A stretch of DNA of 62,435 nt, counting the filler, from Globobulimina sp. (lineage: Eukaryota), in NCBI GenBank assembly GCA_003354225.1. It is 11 parts of 11 records of this genome, joined end to end, with 100 filler letters (N's around TTAATTAATTAA, not from the genome) between each part and the next. Parts side by side here need not be neighbours in the genome. Positions count along the whole stretch, not along the records: positions 56,863 to 62,435 come from PIVH01000506.1; 10 more parts are not named here. One strand, written 5' to 3'. A program made the translations under genes and the position numbers. The notes below the pieces were generated by a model that saw only the letters and a program-made list of their open reading frames with translations, searched no databases and was not told where the DNA came from. This document shows, one piece after another, positions 61,793 to 62,435 of the stretch (within the stretch, counting starts at the first letter, position 1; each line of letters starts with the position of its first letter).

Positions 61793-62435
61793 ATGAAAAT
61801 CGTAATCTGGGACACGGAAACAAATGGTTTACCAAAAAAGAATCCAATCAACAAACAAAATGACTTCAGCGAAGTATATATGATTCAAATATCAATTGTA
61901 ATATATGATACCAAAGCTGAAAAAAATATTGTAGAGAGAGAATGGATTATTAAAGGTGATTTCGTTATTGAACCAATCATCACTGAAATTACCGGTATCA
62001 CAAAACAAATGACCGAAGAAAACGGTCAATCATTCATGCGTGTTTGGCGAAGTATCAACAATTTTATTGCAAAATATGATTGTAAATATTGCGTTGCCCA
62101 TAATGCAGAATTTGATATGGGTGTAATTAATCAAGAATATATGAGAATGAAACGAATCAAACAAGATTTTCCACAAACCCCATGGCCAATCATTAATGCA
62201 CTAAAAAAACAAGGTGTATTAAATGAAAGTATTATTATGCGGTTTAGATATAATAAAAAACTGTTAACAAAATTATTTATGCATTATAAAAAGAACAAAA
62301 CATATAAATCTAAAGATGTATTTGCAATATATCATAAATATTTATCATCAGATAAATCATTATATAAAGAACCATTTTTCAGAATGTTTCCAATTGATTC
62401 CATGAATGATATATTCAAAAGATTTAATTGGCGAA
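61793..62435 (+). CDS. DEDD 3'-5' exonuclease (DnaQ-like), truncated; absent from the ORF track
   Basis: MKIVIWDTETNGLP, EITGIT, VAHNAEFD. Confidence 0.88.
   Translation, partial: MKIVIWDTETNGLPKKNPINKQNDFSEVYMIQISIVIYDTKAEKNIVEREWIIKGDFVIEPIITEITGITKQMTEENGQSFMRVWRSINNFIAKYDCKYCVAHNAEFDMGVINQEYMRMKRIKQDFPQTPWPIINALKKQGVLNESIIMRFRYNKKLLTKLFMHYKKNKTYKSKDVFAIYHKYLSSDKSLYKEPFFRMFPIDSMNDIFKRFNWR

Larger units (their letters stand above)
56863..62435. other. Giant DNA virus (Nucleocytoviricota-like) genome fragment
   Basis: Dense intronless ORFs with no Shine-Dalgarno sites; shared AT-rich upstream motif; intergenic hairpin; RKSP.ESAT...G.DG...NG.KRW motif protein; DEDD exonuclease. Confidence 0.75.

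Overview
The window is not one locus. It is 11 unrelated contigs of about 5.6 kb each, in decreasing length order, joined by an artificial 100-bp linker (N44-TTAATTAATTAA-N44). Most contigs look like a compact AT-rich protist nuclear genome with short GT-AG introns and gene families typical of Foraminifera/Rhizaria (inference). Recognisable genes include VPS13B-like, a CAP-Gly protein, DIM1, TEX47-like, SDR, a PH/UBA/TPR protein, M20 amidohydrolase, PEX1, arginase and eIF3L. Three things stand out. (1) Contig 11 (56863-62435) is an intronless giant-virus (Nucleocytoviricota-like) fragment. It encodes a T4-gp42-type dCMP hydroxymethylase-like enzyme fused to a DUF6378-like domain, which suggests pre-replicative cytosine modification in a eukaryotic virus. 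(2) Contig 7 (34145-39729) is a tyrosine-recombinase (DIRS/Ngaro-type) retrotransposon. Its gag, RT-RNaseH and YR frames do not overlap, lack proper ATG starts, and each begins at an AG acceptor in the same phase, which suggests expression by alternative splicing. It also has HIDD and YxxR catalytic variants. (3) There is a 5'-truncated LINE inside the amidohydrolase gene, and a tandem gene copy collapsed by serial microhomology deletions. All family assignments are by eye from motifs; no searches were run.
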